Below, in pieces: positions 10,186 to 22,987 of a stretch of 64,000 nucleotides of DNA. A program made the position numbers and the translations under genes. Source of the DNA: Oculina patagonica (taxonomy: Eukaryota); NCBI RefSeq assembly GCF_052425735.1, contig NC_135759.1, positions 28,024,001 to 28,088,000 on the forward strand. Direction: 5' to 3'. A model generated the notes under the pieces. That model had not been told where the DNA came from and made no database searches. It worked only from the letters and a program-made list of their open reading frames with translations. Position 1 is the stretch's first letter. Every line of letters begins with the position of its first letter.

Positions 10186-13100
10186 AACTCTTTGGCAACA
10201 AAAACATCAACACTCACGTTTGTTTATTTATTTGTCTTCAAAATGTACCGAACTTAGCTTGCAGGTGAGAAATATACATGAAACATAATCTTATTGACCA
10301 GCTGAAGTTGTTATGTACCTTTTACATGATTCTTATCATTGAAACGCACTTAAGTTTTTTGGGTTACATTACTGTTTTAAAATAAAAACGTGCTATATAT
10401 CGCGATGGTTGATATATAAACCAAGACAATAGTTCACCTCAGTGTCGCTGTGCGCTGACCAGAGGGAAGCATCTACCTCGCCGCGTCTTTTTTAAAAATA
10501 TAGTATCTAATACATCTCTCTGACGATTGTGTTGTGATACAGTATCTATTGAAATCTGAAAAGTAGTATATGCTGAAAAGTTTTGCATTGAAACTCGACT
10601 ACAGACGAACTTATAACTCAACGCATTTTCACTGACACAGGCTTAGTCCTTTCCAACCTAAAGTTTATATTGTGCGATTTCCTTAGCCAATCGATCAACA
10701 TCCTCCATGGACAACCCTCCCTTGTCTGTTATGACCTGCAGGCTATTCATCGCAGAACTCGCCTTATCGATTGCTGACACGCTGAGAATGCCATCTTTAT
10801 CCACGTCAACAGTTGCCTCGATCTGAGGCACACCACGCGGAGCCGGTGCGATGCCCTCGAGATTGAAGCAGCCAAGGAGAAGGTTATCTTTAGCAAAACT
10901 TCTTTCGCCCTGGTAGACCTTTACTCCAAAATAAAGTAATTAACATTTGATGACTGCTCCCAAGGAAAACAGTTAATTTTGTTTGTCACCTCGGGAAACA
11001 TTGAGATTCGAGGGAAATAAAATTAACTGGTTTCCCGAGGGATCAGACATAAGTGATTTGTTATGTAGCACAACGAATACATTACAAGATTCACTTGCAA
11101 CAGGGATCGTCGGTCAGCATTCGCGTGTAACAATGTTCGTTAAATTTCGGCTTTTAAGACTTTCCTCCAAAAAGGTAGAAACTAATTTAAGATGCTCGTT
11201 TTTTAAATGGGCGCGCGGAAGAAAATTTAGTGGTGAACAATAAAAAATCTCGGAACTATCGGTCTGATAGTTGCCCCTTGGAAATTTGATGTTCTTAAAA
11301 CTAGCATATTAGTCCGAGAAGCGAAGCTTAACTGTAGAATCCCGGTACCCCGTATGGGCGAATTGTGCAACTTACCGGGATTTTAAAATATTTCAATCGC
11401 AAGTCCTGCAAGTAACATTTGTGTTTGTTAATAAAACAAAACTTACCTGGATTTTAATACCGGGCTGGTTGTCAGCGTAAGTGGTAAAAATTTGAGTTTC
11501 TTTTTTTTGGTATAGTAGAATTGCGCTTGATTAATGACGTCATCACTCCTCCGTCCGTTCAAATTCCTATCGACAGTGGAGCGACGTCCAACAGAAGGAG
11601 GTCTTGGATGGTAGCGCTTCCTTCCTTGCTTACTATGGCAGCATTAACAGCAGCTCAACCCACCACAGCTTCTTCTGGATTGAGTCTTTTGTTCAGTTGC
11701 TTGCCATTAAAAAAGTCAATCAGCAGCTTTTGGATCTTTGGGATGTGAGTAGACCAACCAATCAACAGTATCTCATTTATCTGTTGCTTTGAGAATTTCG
11801 AATCCCTCAGCGCTTTCTCAACTGGCTCTAAAGTGCTTCTAAATAAGTCACCATTTAACTCTTCAAACCTGTTAAATAATAATAATAAAAAAACGTTCGA
11901 TGTGTTGGAGATAGAGTCGGTGACGCTTTACAGAGGTCTTCAAAGCCCGCTACTAATACCCTGCTCTAATGATTTTAAACGCCTCTTGTGAAAAGAGTTG
12001 CCTATTAAGTATTTACCTTTAAATATCATATGCTTGTCTATCAAAAGTTTGGATCTTCATTTAAAACCAGTCTTACGTAAAAGTATTTTTATTAGAGCTC
12101 TAAGAGTTCAAAGAGACGATCAAGAACGAAACTCAGTCCATTCTCCCTGATAACCCTGGTCATTTAAATAATTGCTTCATCCTATAATTATTATTTGAAG
12201 ATAATTTTAAAATCCAAGTTTAAAAACGTTTTTAGGCTCTATTGTATAAATATAACAGTAAAAATCAAGTAGTTCATTATTCACTGAGTATGAGTTCCTT
12301 GAATGAAACATCTGAATTAGAAAGCAAGGCTGCCAATGCCTCCAAAACATCCCTTTCGCAGTCTTCACTTTTTGTATCTGAAAATATCAAAAAATATTTT
12401 CTGTGTTCCAAAAACAATCAAACAAACCTTGCGCGTGTGATAGATGTCTCCAAGTCAAAACTTTCCAAGAGAGCTTTAGCAGAAACGTCAGATTGACCAT
12501 TCGAAGAGAGGATACGCTTGGCCTGTTCAGCTGCAATTCTTAATCGATGATATGCTGGTTCTTTGGTGGAGATTTCTTTTTGGCGTTCCTTCTTTAACAT
12601 TTCCTTTCTTAAGTATTCTGCCACTCGTACGTCGAAGTCTCTTCCACCTAAATGCGTGTCTCCAGAGGTGGACTTGACTTCATAGATTCCTTCCTCTGTC
12701 TGAAGAAAGGAAACGTCAAAAGTGCCACCACCGAGATCAAAGACGAGAACGTTGCTTTCAGCCCCATCGGATTTTCTTTCGAGTCCAAAGGCGACTGCAG
12801 CAGCGGTTGGTTCATTCATGATGTTCAAAACATTGAGGCCAGCAATTATGCCTGTAGGAAAACAAGATTATGTACCTTGATTCCAGAACTAGAGATAAGA
12901 TATATTTTTTCTGCGAGGCCCAACTTAATACGTCGCATTTCAGTCGCTTCGAATGTAGTTTAAGTCCAGAAAAGCTGAAATCGCATTAGTCAAAGCACAG
13001 TAAAACAAGTTATTTCAATGTATAGTATTAATATTTAACAATTATTGGCCGAAGGCGAAGTGAATATTCGCCGAGATTCACTGAGCCTGAGTCGAATAAT

Positions 13101-13229
13101 TGTTTTAGTATACTTTTCAGAGGTGAATATCAAGAACTACAAAATAACGATTGAAAACACAGGAACAACAAACAGAAGTGCGCGCTTGCATACGGCGTGG
13201 TAAAGGGTTAAGCGTGCTGTCAAACCAAG

Positions 13230-13503
13230 TGGTTCGGCATGAGGTCGGATAGGATAGTTTCTGTAGCATTAAGCAGGTAGGAGTATTTTTACCCCCCCCC
13301 CCCCGGATGGGATGCTAGTCCATCGCAGGGTTAACCCCAGCAGTAAATTTGCCGGAGCTGATTATTACACCTGGGTGGAGAAAGGTACTATGAGAGTAAA
13401 AGTGTCTTGCCTATGAACACAACGCAGTGCCCCAGCCAGGTCTAAAACCCAAACCGCTCGATCCGGAGTCCGGCGCACTAACCATTAGGCCACCGCGCCT
13501 CCC
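13230..13503 (-). mobile_element. tRNA-derived SINE
   Basis: 5' tRNA-like head GGGAGGCGCGGTGGCCTAATGGTTAGTGCGCCGGACTCCGGATCGAG; body aligns with the copies at 14007-14277 and 60955-61260. Confidence 0.8.
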
Positions 13504-14006
13504 ACGCCAGTTTACTTGATTGCTGCGTATAAAATGGTCGAAACAGTAGAAGTTGCTTTCTAAAGAATTAGGAAGGCTTACTAAAGTACTTCTCGTGGTA
13601 GAAACAGCTCAGTACCAGCAGAAACCACCCCAGTTAAGCGGAAGCGATCACTTTATTGCAGTTACTGAAAGAACGCGACAGTTCCCAGTCAGCTGAATCT
13701 TATAACTTCATGTTCTTCTATCAAGTTAGTTTCCCTTCATTCGATTTACCACTCGTAATGGGAACCCTGCTAAATTAATTGAACGGATCGCATTTTATTG
13801 AGTCTAGTCATCGACTATTACCCAAACATTCAGAACTAACGAACTAACGCTCGATTTTCAAACATGACAATATTCATATGCCGTTCAAAGGAAGTCAAAA
13901 AACAAAACTGGGGCGACTTTCAGCATCATTTATGACACAGAATGAATAGCGTGCGTAGTATTTGATAGGATGGAATGTAAGTTTTATCAGTGCTGTTCGT
14001 AATGTT

Positions 14007-14277
14007 AAGGTCTGCGTCGAACCTAGTGGCCCATACAGGTCGGAGCCGGTTTCTGTAGCATGAAGCGACTAGGAGTGTTTCTATAGGATGTTAGTCGGTC
14101 GCAGGGTTACTCCCAGCATTAGTTCGCCGGTACCCATTTATGCACCTGGGTGGAGATAGGAACTATGAGAGTAAAGTGTCTTGCCTAAAAACAGAATACA
14201 GTGACCCCGGCCAGGATCGAACCCGGACCGCTCGATCCGGAGTCCAGCGTGCTAACCATTAAGCCACCGCGCCTACC
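14007..14277 (-). mobile_element. tRNA-derived SINE (same family)
   Basis: A-box GGTGGCTTAATGG and B-box GGTTCGATCC in the head; body homologous to the other copies. Confidence 0.8.
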
Positions 14278-14335
14278 AGTGCGGCTCGTGTTGTCATGTT
14301 AAAATGCTCGCCTCCTATTTAAATTAACCTCAATT

Positions 14336-14484
14336 GCCCCAGTTATTCAAAGGGTGGCTAACACTATCCACCGGATAAATCACCATCCAGTTGATAAGCG
14401 TTAAAAAATAACATATTACGGTATCCACCGGATAGTGACTTATCCGGTGGATAACGTTATCCATCCTTCGAACAACTGGGGCCT
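14336..14484. mobile_element. Short MITE
   Basis: TIRs GCCCCAGTTATTCAAAGG / CCTTCGAACAACTGGGGC; internal TATCCACCGGATA repeats. Confidence 0.7.
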
Positions 14485-15014
14485 GAACTATGGCAGTACA
14501 AGATACGACTTTAGCTTTGCTACTACGTTATCTATTAAATATTACTAATATTACAAATATTATTATTACTAATATGACTATAGATATTACTAGTTTCAAC
14601 TAAAAAAATCTATATAGAAAAATAGCAAACGTACCTGCGTGTCTCATAGCTTGGCGTTGCGAGTCATTGTAAAAAGCAGGGACGGTAATGACAGCACTAG
14701 TAACATCTGTACCGAGATACGACTCTGCCATCTCTTTCATCTTCTTTAAAATAATGGCGGTAACCTGTAAAAGTCGATTGACGGGAATTCAGCTAGTCAA
14801 AGGCATAAAATTCAACTCGTAAAGGCATAAAATATCCTTGCTTCTGCCGTCATTATTTCCATTGATTAGAACTAATGAAAACAAAGTATGTCATCGTATG
14901 GAATTTTGATCCTCTCGAATAAAATAATGCAAAATAGTGTTATTTTTAAATTTGAGACAAATATGACTAATATGAGCCCATCCTTTGCATTGACCAACGC
15001 ATTGACCATTGACC

Positions 15015-15308
15015 NNNNNNNNNNNNNNNNNNNNNNNNNNNNNNNNNNNNNNNNNNNNNNNNNNNNNNNNNNNNNNNNNNNNNNNNNNNNNNNNNNNNNN
15101 NNNNNNNNNNNNNNNNNNNNNNNNNNNNNNNNNNNNNNNNNNNNNNNNNNNNNNNNNNNNNNNNNNNNNNNNNNNNNNNNNNNNNNNNNNNNNNNNNNNN
15201 NNNNNNNNNNNNNNNNNNNNNNNNNNNNNNNNNNNNNNNNNNNNNNNNNNNNNNNNNNNNNNNNNNNNNNNNNNNNNNNNNNNNNNNNNNNNNNNNNNNN
15301 NNNNNNNN
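15015..15308. other. Assembly gap
   Basis: Run of N. Confidence 1.
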
Positions 15309-15309
15309 C

Positions 15310-17243
15310 AGTAAATCTTTATTGTGCCTTACACTCCAAAAGGAGGTATTGGTCTAGTTACAATAAAGGTGTTATAGCAACTATGCTAACAAATTACTTA
15401 ATAACAAACAATGAAATTACAATGCAAACGTTTACGGTAATTATTGGACTATTAATTATACAACTATTTATTGATATAACTTTCAATTTAAAATTTCTTT
15501 TCTTTTTTGAAACATTAGGAAGATATATTTAGCTATGATTCTAGAGGTAGCATAATTATCTAGTTTAAGAAGGTACTTTATTTTTTCATGATCAGTTAAA
15601 TCTACAAAGCGAGGATCAGTTTGTGACACGATTGAATGAAGCTCTTTTCTAATATCATTATACCCTTTGCAATACATCAAAAAATGCTGTTCGTCCTCTA
15701 TGTGGTTATCCTTACATACCAAGCACTTTCTTTCTTCAACTGGTATGGATGCTCCTGCATTTTCATATTTTCCAGTCTGTATGCGTAGGGAATGTACCCC
15801 TAATCTTAGTTTAGTTATTTTTATTCGATGCGCTGGATTTTTAACTGTAGTGAGATACTCTTCTAATTGGTAATCTTTTTTAACTTCTTTGTGAGTGAAT
15901 TTTTCTCTAGAGCTAACTGACACGCAATTTCGGACCTTTGACCAATTTTGGAAATAATTTTTTCTTAACCTATGTTTAATTTTAGAGCAAGAATTCGTTG
16001 AAAGTTGTGGGGCTGATGTGTCATTATCGGAGAGAATTCCTAATGCTTCATCATCATTTAATAAACTAACAGATTTAGTATGTTTTTTGGCGTAAAGAAA
16101 TGCATCATTTAATATGGGATTGGTTATCTTATGTTCTAATCTTTGAAAATAGCATAAGATAGATGCTTTAATGTCTATTGCTAAAGGGTATCGACCTAGT
16201 TCTGCTCTACATGCTACGTTTTCTGCATACCATGGTACATTTAATGCTTGTTTGCAAAACCGGATGTGAACTTGTTCAATTGTACTTTTATCGAAATGTG
16301 TTTTGTATGATAAAAGTTCGGGTCCCCATATTTCACAACCATACAAAAGTATGGGTTTAACTAAAGCATCAAAAAGTTTATTTCGTATCACAATTGTTGA
16401 TGAATCAATGTTGGATAGAAATCGTTTAATGATGGAAATAACTTTGGTAGCCTTTTTGCTAATTATTTCTCTTGCATAGGTGTAACGACCAGAAGATGTC
16501 ATTTCTATGCCTAGATATGTTTGTTTGTCGACAATATTTAAAGTTTCATTGTCGTATTTAAAATCTTTTTTGTGTTTGTTCTGACCGTTACCACTAAATA
16601 CAATGATGTTTGATTTTTTGGTGTTTACTTTTAGCTTCCATTCTTGAGCGTGCTTATGAATAACGTCAAGTGATTGTTGCAATCCTTCTGGAGAATCGCT
16701 TAATACTAATAGATCATCTGCGTACATTAGGCAATTAAGTAATTGATTGTTTAATACTACCCCTTTGCATTTGTTGACTCTAAAGTAATCTGGTAAATCA
16801 TTCATAAACAAAGAAAACAGAACTGGACTTAATCCATCACCTTGCCTTATGCCTTTATTGCATGAAAACAGATCCGTTGTTGTGTTTTTATTTATGCGAA
16901 CACAACTCTTAATCGAGGAATACATGGACTTAATGACATTTAGGAATTTGCCTCGATACCGTAACGTTGCAACTTATAAATCAACCCAGACTGCCATACG
17001 CTATCAAAAGCTTTCTCATAATCAATAAAACCAACATAAAGCTTCTTATGTTGTTTAGTGTACTTATGAATGAGTTGTTGCAAAATAAAAAGACTATCTG
17101 TTGTTCTCGCATTTGGTCTAAATCCAAATTGTTCTGGGTTGAGAATGTTGTGAGTTTCGATGAATTTATTTAATCTTGATTGTAAAATTGATGTGAATAA
17201 TTTTCCTAAACAACTTGTTAGAGTAATTCCCCTGTAGTTGTAC
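15310..17243 (-). mobile_element. Non-LTR retrotransposon (RT plus C-terminal CxxC..HxxxxC; RTEX-like), 5'-truncated, inside an HSP70 intron
   Basis: NYRGITL, QFGFR, FIDYEKAFDSV (ORF 16940-17317), then a 1-bp frameshift at ~16955 and GIRQGDGLSPVLF, LMYADD, YLG, LLYGCEIWG, ERKCLVC...EDEQHFLMYC (ORF 15483-16925). The clade label is an inference. Confidence 0.92.
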
Positions 17244-17315
17244 TGACTGACTGACTGGCTGGCTGACTGACTGACTGACTGACTGACTGACGGACTGACT
17301 GACTGAGTGACTGAC
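17243..17315. repeat. (CTGA)n microsatellite
   Basis: About 18 CTGA/CTGG units between the retrotransposon 5' end and the HSP70 exon donor. Confidence 0.9.
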
Positions 17316-17460
17316 AAAGCATCAAGTTTACCTCTTCAGGAAAGAACCATTTCATTTCTCCTTTAAATTGCACTTGAAATTTTGGTCTTCCCGAGTCATC
17401 TATAACCTTTATAACGTAAAATAGAGTTAACGAAACATATGTAACACAGAAAGGAAACAT

Positions 17461-18590
17461 TTAACAATTGGTTCATGCTTTAGCGTGCTCCATCGAGTTA
17501 TGGAGCACGCGGAAAGTTTGGAGAGCACGAAAGAAGCTTCTTGAGTGCTCTCCAAACTTCCCAAGTGCTCCATAACTGGATGAAGCACAGCTAAAAGCAT
17601 GAACCAATTGTTTTATAACATTGCCGGTGAAATTGTGCTTAAAACCGGCTGCGGGAAAAAAAAACTGTGTTTATTGTGTACAGTGTGAGAACATATTAAA
17701 ACTTAGCGGTCGAGCAATAAATTACACATGTACAAGTTTACACGATTGGAGCAGTTTATGTCAAGTGGCTGATAAATTGACTAAGTTTATACGGTGGCAG
17801 AGCGAAGGAAAGAAATGACGAAAACAGCAAATGCTGCTGTTGATTCTGAGGTTAGTTTTTTGCTGAATTAAAATTAAAATATTTACTCCCGAGTGGAAGA
17901 AAATTAAAACAAAGCAACCTCGAACAGCCGAACAGATTCCAAGGGTTAAAAGAGTAAAAAAAATCGGTTCCATGCTTAGTTTTAAGTATTTTTGTGGTCC
18001 GATTTTATTTATAATTGATGTAAATAAACATTTATGTTTGAAAACGGTAGTTGAATGAAGCGCCCGATGAAGTAATTTTTTCCCGAGCGGCAAAATCACA
18101 ACAGAGCCGTAATCGCTTTGGTGTAATGCTTAAAACGCGAAGACTTTCGTCAGGCAGCTAGTTTTTAGCGCCATCGAGCTGTTGTCATTCATGGTTTGCC
18201 CATTCTTCCACGTAAGGGCCGTGAAAAAATGGTTTTTGTCCTTCGAGACTCGCACGTTAGTTGTTGTTGTTTGAATGAAGAAAAGCACACAAACAATTAC
18301 TTTGACGGCAAAATCGAATTTATTTTCTCTTTTGCTTTCCGTCTCGTAATAAGAAACAGCTTACCTTGTAGTTCGTATCCTTGGAAAAATCTTGAAAGGA
18401 TTTACTTTTCATATTCCGAAGATAATATGTCATCGCTTTCGCAAAACACAGCGTATGAGCTTTACTCAGTGAGATTTTCACTAGTCGATTACGTCATCAG
18501 CGTGCTCCATCGGGATTTTGAGCACGCTTACGTATACTGAATTTGATTGCGCGGCTCTGCTAGCTATGTTACAATGAGTCATATAAAACT
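17461..18590. mobile_element. Non-autonomous repeat with a long terminal hairpin
   Basis: Imperfect palindrome 17461-17612 (AACAATTGGTTCATGC...GCATGAACCAATTGTT); AGCGTGCTCCATCG recurs at ~18499; layout resembles the 37227 element. Confidence 0.45.
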
Positions 18591-19279
18591 TGTTCATGGC
18601 GTATAAAATCACCTTTAAATAAAATGAAGTTTAACATCTAAATAATAGTATTTTTTTTAAAAAAAGCGTAAAGGTAAAGCAACACCAAAGGGGCATTTAT
18701 AAAGCAAAAAGGAGCAAGGGTGGTTATACGTGAGGAAGATATATACGCCACACCCTTTTTGTAATTAGACTTTAAGAAGAAATGATGTACTACAATTGCT
18801 GCATTCAGTAAGTCTCCGTTGTTGTGTATGAGTAACAGCAGGGGCTATTTGGAGGAGGGTGAGTGAGGGCGAAGACGCGCAAAAAGAGAAAATCTTATGT
18901 TATTCTGGCGTCTCAGGCAAGTTAGTTCAAATATTGTAAATCTGAAGGAATACTTCTTATATAATTATAATGATGCTTTCAATCAGTCTCTCGTCATGTT
19001 TAAAGGCGAAGTTCTAACTTTCTAACCAGGATCTATAACCCCCCTTTTTTTCTTAAATCAAAAGCACCATGCACAGAATCACCACGTTTCAACATCAATC
19101 CAGTTGAAGATTTTAAATAAACAATTCTCATGCACTTATCACCTGAAACGGCCAGTACTTCATGTCTTCCACCACAGTAGGTGCATCGAAACTGTGACCA
19201 AGAAGGCGCTTGATGTCTAACATAAAATGACACGTGTTAATAACAAGTTCAAAGGTAAAGATCGGTAAAGCAATAATGC

Positions 19280-19740
19280 ATACATGCATACATACTTTAT
19301 TCGTCCCAAAAGAGGTTTTCAGATTAAACAGATAAATAAGTAACTTAAAAATTAATCAAATACTAATATGTAATTAAAATGAATAAAACAAAATAACAAA
19401 GGTAAAACAATTAAGTCTCAAAATAGGTTGAGAATAGGCTCCTCTTTAGGCAACGTTTGAAGTACTTTAGTGTTGGTTTCAAATTAAGAGTAGAGTCCAA
19501 TGAGCTCAAGAGTTTAACTGTCATGAAATAGAAAGTTCTTTGTCCTGTGGCGGTTTTATACAAAGGAAAAAAAATTGTTGGCTCGACGCGTGGCTGGAAT
19601 ATGGTATTTTATAAATGTGTGAAGAGTTTAACTATCATGAAATAGAAAGTTCTTTGTCTTGTGGCGGTTTTATACAAAGGAAAAAAAAAATAGTTGGCTC
19701 GACGCGTGGCTGGAATATGGTATTTATATAAATGTGTGAA
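19280..19740 (-). mobile_element. LINE (CR1-like) 3' fragment with a local ~115-bp tandem duplication
   Basis: Minus strand reads TGQRTFYFMTVKLLSSLD...LKYFKRCLK, resembling a LINE ORF2 end, with a (CATA)n tail at ~19280; ~19508-19621 is repeated at ~19622-19738. Confidence 0.55.
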
Positions 19741-20150
19741 ATAGAGAGCTGAGGTCCTGTTTGGCATTTTAGGTATAAGGGATAATATAACTCACAAAAT
19801 TATTTTAAGGATAAGGCATACAAGTTTAAATAATTACCGTAATGATTCGATTTAGCGCCCTCCTTCCAATAAGCGCCCCCTTCCGAATAAGCGCCCCCCT
19901 TCGAATGTGTTTTTGTAAATAAGCGCCCCTATTCCAATAAGCGCCCCCATTCTTATTAGCGCCCCCATTCTTATGAGCACTCCTATCTAATAACAAGTAA
20001 TAAGCGCCCCTATTGTGGATAACTGGACCTACTGAAATCACTGACGTCAACTAGATAAACTCCTGACCGTTCACCGTACAGTTCATGTATATATTTACTG
20101 TTAAAATGAAGAATTATTTTAAAAGTAACTGAACATTTAACAATTTCTAA

Positions 20151-20650
20151 NNNNNNNNNNNNNNNNNNNNNNNNNNNNNNNNNNNNNNNNNNNNNNNNNN
20201 NNNNNNNNNNNNNNNNNNNNNNNNNNNNNNNNNNNNNNNNNNNNNNNNNNNNNNNNNNNNNNNNNNNNNNNNNNNNNNNNNNNNNNNNNNNNNNNNNNNN
20301 NNNNNNNNNNNNNNNNNNNNNNNNNNNNNNNNNNNNNNNNNNNNNNNNNNNNNNNNNNNNNNNNNNNNNNNNNNNNNNNNNNNNNNNNNNNNNNNNNNNN
20401 NNNNNNNNNNNNNNNNNNNNNNNNNNNNNNNNNNNNNNNNNNNNNNNNNNNNNNNNNNNNNNNNNNNNNNNNNNNNNNNNNNNNNNNNNNNNNNNNNNNN
20501 NNNNNNNNNNNNNNNNNNNNNNNNNNNNNNNNNNNNNNNNNNNNNNNNNNNNNNNNNNNNNNNNNNNNNNNNNNNNNNNNNNNNNNNNNNNNNNNNNNNN
20601 NNNNNNNNNNNNNNNNNNNNNNNNNNNNNNNNNNNNNNNNNNNNNNNNNN
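20151..20650. other. Assembly gap
   Basis: 500 N. Confidence 1.
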
Positions 20651-20949
20651 AGGCATTACGTATCGAGAAATGATCTATTGTTGTGTTTCAACTTTTTGGA
20701 TTAAGCACTAAACAATAGTCCCTTTGTTCTTGGTTGCGCTAAGGGATTTTGGTCGAAGCTAACCGGAAAAGCTCGTGGCTAATCGGAAGATTGTCGGTAT
20801 GACAATTTAGCTACATTGGGGGAGTAGGTAGCGTCATATTTGTACTCGTCAGGACAGGTTTCCGCGCCTGAAACTAACCAACGCTTTGAACGTGAAATTA
20901 AACCACGCATAACTTATTATTCATACTTATAAAGACGCAAACCAACGAT

Positions 20950-22040
20950 TCAAAATGAGACCTTATTAAACGTTTTATTCATACTTATGAAGAGACGAAC
21001 CGACGCTTTCATGAACTCTCGCTTTACTTTTTGTTTATACTTGTGAAGACACAAACCGACGTTTGAACTCAAACTCTTGTTACGATTTTTTTTACACTTG
21101 TGAAGAAACAAACCGACGCTTTGAACTCGAAACTTTTAGTCGCACTTGCGAAGACGCGAACTCACGCTATGAACTCAAACTCTTGTTAAGATTTTATTCA
21201 CACTTGTGAAGAAACAAACCGACGCTTAGAACTCGAAGCCTTGCTTGAATCTTTTAGTCGCGCTTGCGAAGACGCGAACTCGCGCTATGAACTCAAACTC
21301 TTGTTAAGATTTTATTCACACTTGTGAAGAAACAAACCGACGCTTAGAACTCGAAGCCTTGCTTGAATCTTTTAGTCATACTTGCAAAGACGCGAACTCG
21401 CGCTTTGAACTCAAACTCTTGTTAAGATTTTTTTCACACTTGTGAAGAAACAAACCGACGCTTTGAACTCGAAACTTTTAGTCGCACTTGCGAGGACGCG
21501 AACTCACGCTTTGAACTCAAACTCCTGTTAAGATTTTATTCACACTTGTGAAGAAACGAACCGACGCTTAGAACTCGAAGCCTTGCTTGAATCTTTTAGT
21601 CGCGCTTGCGAAGACGCGAACTCGCGCTATGAACTCAAACTCTTGTAAAGATTTTATTCACACTTGTGAAGAAACAAACCGACGCTTAGAACTCGAAGCC
21701 TTGCTTGAATCTTTTAGTCGCGCTTGCGAAGACGCGAACTCGCGCTATGAACTCAAACTCTTGTAAAGATTTTATTCACACTTGTGAAGAAACAAACCGA
21801 CGCTTAGAACTCGAAGCCTTGCTTGAATCTTTTAGTCGCGCTTGCGAAGACGCGAACTCGCGCTATGAACTCAAACTCTTGTAAAGATTTTATTCACACT
21901 TGTGAAGAAACAAACCGACGCTTAGAACTCGAAGCCTTGCTTGAATCTTTTAGTCGCGCTTGCGAAGACGCGAACTCGCGCTATGAACTCAAACTCTTGT
22001 TAAGATTTTATTCACACTTGTGAAGAAACAAACCGACGCT
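20950..22040. repeat. Tandem satellite, 118-bp period made of two ~59-bp related subunits
   Basis: CTTGTGAAGAAACAAACCGACGC recurs at 21545, 21663, 21781 and 21899 (118-bp spacing), alternating with CTTGCGAAGACGCGAACTCGCGC; copies degenerate toward the left end. Confidence 0.92.
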
Positions 22041-22093
22041 TAGCCTGCGAGTAAGCTTTCCGCGAGGAAGAAAAAATCGAAGCTCGCAGGCTA
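22041..22093. mobile_element. Mini-MITE TAGCC...GGCTA capping the satellite
   Basis: TAGCCTGCGAG ... CTCGCAGGCTA inverted ends; no TSD visible. Confidence 0.6.
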
Positions 22094-22440
22094 CATAGGA
22101 ATTTAATTGTGTAATAATATGCGATGCATGCTTAGTTCATCATCAAAGAACCAACTTCTGACAGATTTTCTAGGAGTGACCCATCCTAGTTTCAGAGAAG
22201 CCTGCTATTTAGCTGCCACACATCTGCAATTCTATCTACCTTGTCTAAAAATCTGGACTGGAAAATATAGGAACTTTAACTCAGAGAGAGGTTAAGGTTA
22301 TAAAATACACCACTCGAGTTCAACAGGCAAAAACAAAAAAGTTGTAATTTTTATTCTTTATTGTGCTTAACATCAGCGATTGCACTGTTCACCGTTTGGC
22401 AGGTGTGGCCTCAGCAAAACTTGCATAAGCAAGGAAAATG

Positions 22441-22497
22441 TAGCCTGTGTACATACGTCTTCTATTTCCGTACTGAGAGGCGTCTGCACTCAGGCTA
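22441..22497. mobile_element. Mini-MITE TAGCC...GGCTA
   Basis: TAGCCTG...CAGGCTA ends with 8-bp TSD GGAAAATG (22433-22440, 22498-22505). Confidence 0.75.
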
Positions 22498-22987
22498 GGA
22501 AAATGTAATTTTTTAAATATCTTTTCTCGTATGGTAAACACTAATAAAAGTGCCTTAATAAAACGAACAGAAATTCTCGTAGATCGTGACGATGCTTACT
22601 GAATGCTAAAATAAAGCACTGATGCTTACAAACATCGTCACCTGCTTGCATACTAGATACGCTTTTTTGTTATGAAATTTCATCCAAGCGCCTAGTGGTT
22701 CACGGTAATCTCAACACATCGCGCTATTTTCGCGTTCGCTCTACAAGGAGCTTTATGACTGCTCGCAGTCTAAATTCGTAATTGTTTTCACGTTTATATC
22801 AGACGGACAACAGTCCACTTTTAAACGCTTTAACGTTTTAACCTTAGTACTGTTCACATGGCTTTAGTTCTCTTTGCAAAAACAAGTCTATATAAACATG
22901 TATGCAAAAATTAAACAAAACGAGAACAAAAGTCGTGGTGTTAAAATTAGCTTAAATCATTTCAAAGGTAGGGACAGTAACTTCGCT

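Larger units (their letters stand above)
10658..17406 (-). pseudogene. hsp70: Intron-containing HSP70-family gene, disrupted; 5' exons not found
   Basis: GT-AG exons 17406-17332 (VIDDSGRPKFQVQFKGEMKWFFPEE), 14764-14635 ([16 protein letters not shown]), 12851-12428 (NEPTAAA...[12 protein letters not shown]...GDTHLGG), 11868-11447 ([11 protein letters not shown]...LLLLDVAPLS...YADNQPG) and 10918-10658 (VYQGER...IAPAPRGVPQIE). In-frame TGA at 11657-11655 and 11561-11559, a +1 frameshift in the A-run at ~11501-11508, GGSTRIP altered to GWSTHIP, and an early stop at 10660-10658. Confidence 0.88.

Noticed and set aside
11559-11657. TGA codons in HSP70 as selenocysteine or readthrough
   Set aside because: They replace conserved Gly and Glu rather than Cys and co-occur with a frameshift; decay is the simpler explanation.
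13440-13503. tRNA genes (also ~14210-14277, ~27630-27700, ~31655-31725, 60955-61025)
   Set aside because: tRNA-like A/B boxes without a full cloverleaf, mostly continuing into SINE bodies.
14888-20656. ORFs containing X runs (also 55809-56145)
   Set aside because: Artefacts of N gaps.
20950-22040. CRISPR-like regular repeats; ORF 21823-22023
   Set aside because: Head-to-tail repeats without unique spacers, no cas genes and a eukaryotic context; the 118-bp period is not a multiple of 3.
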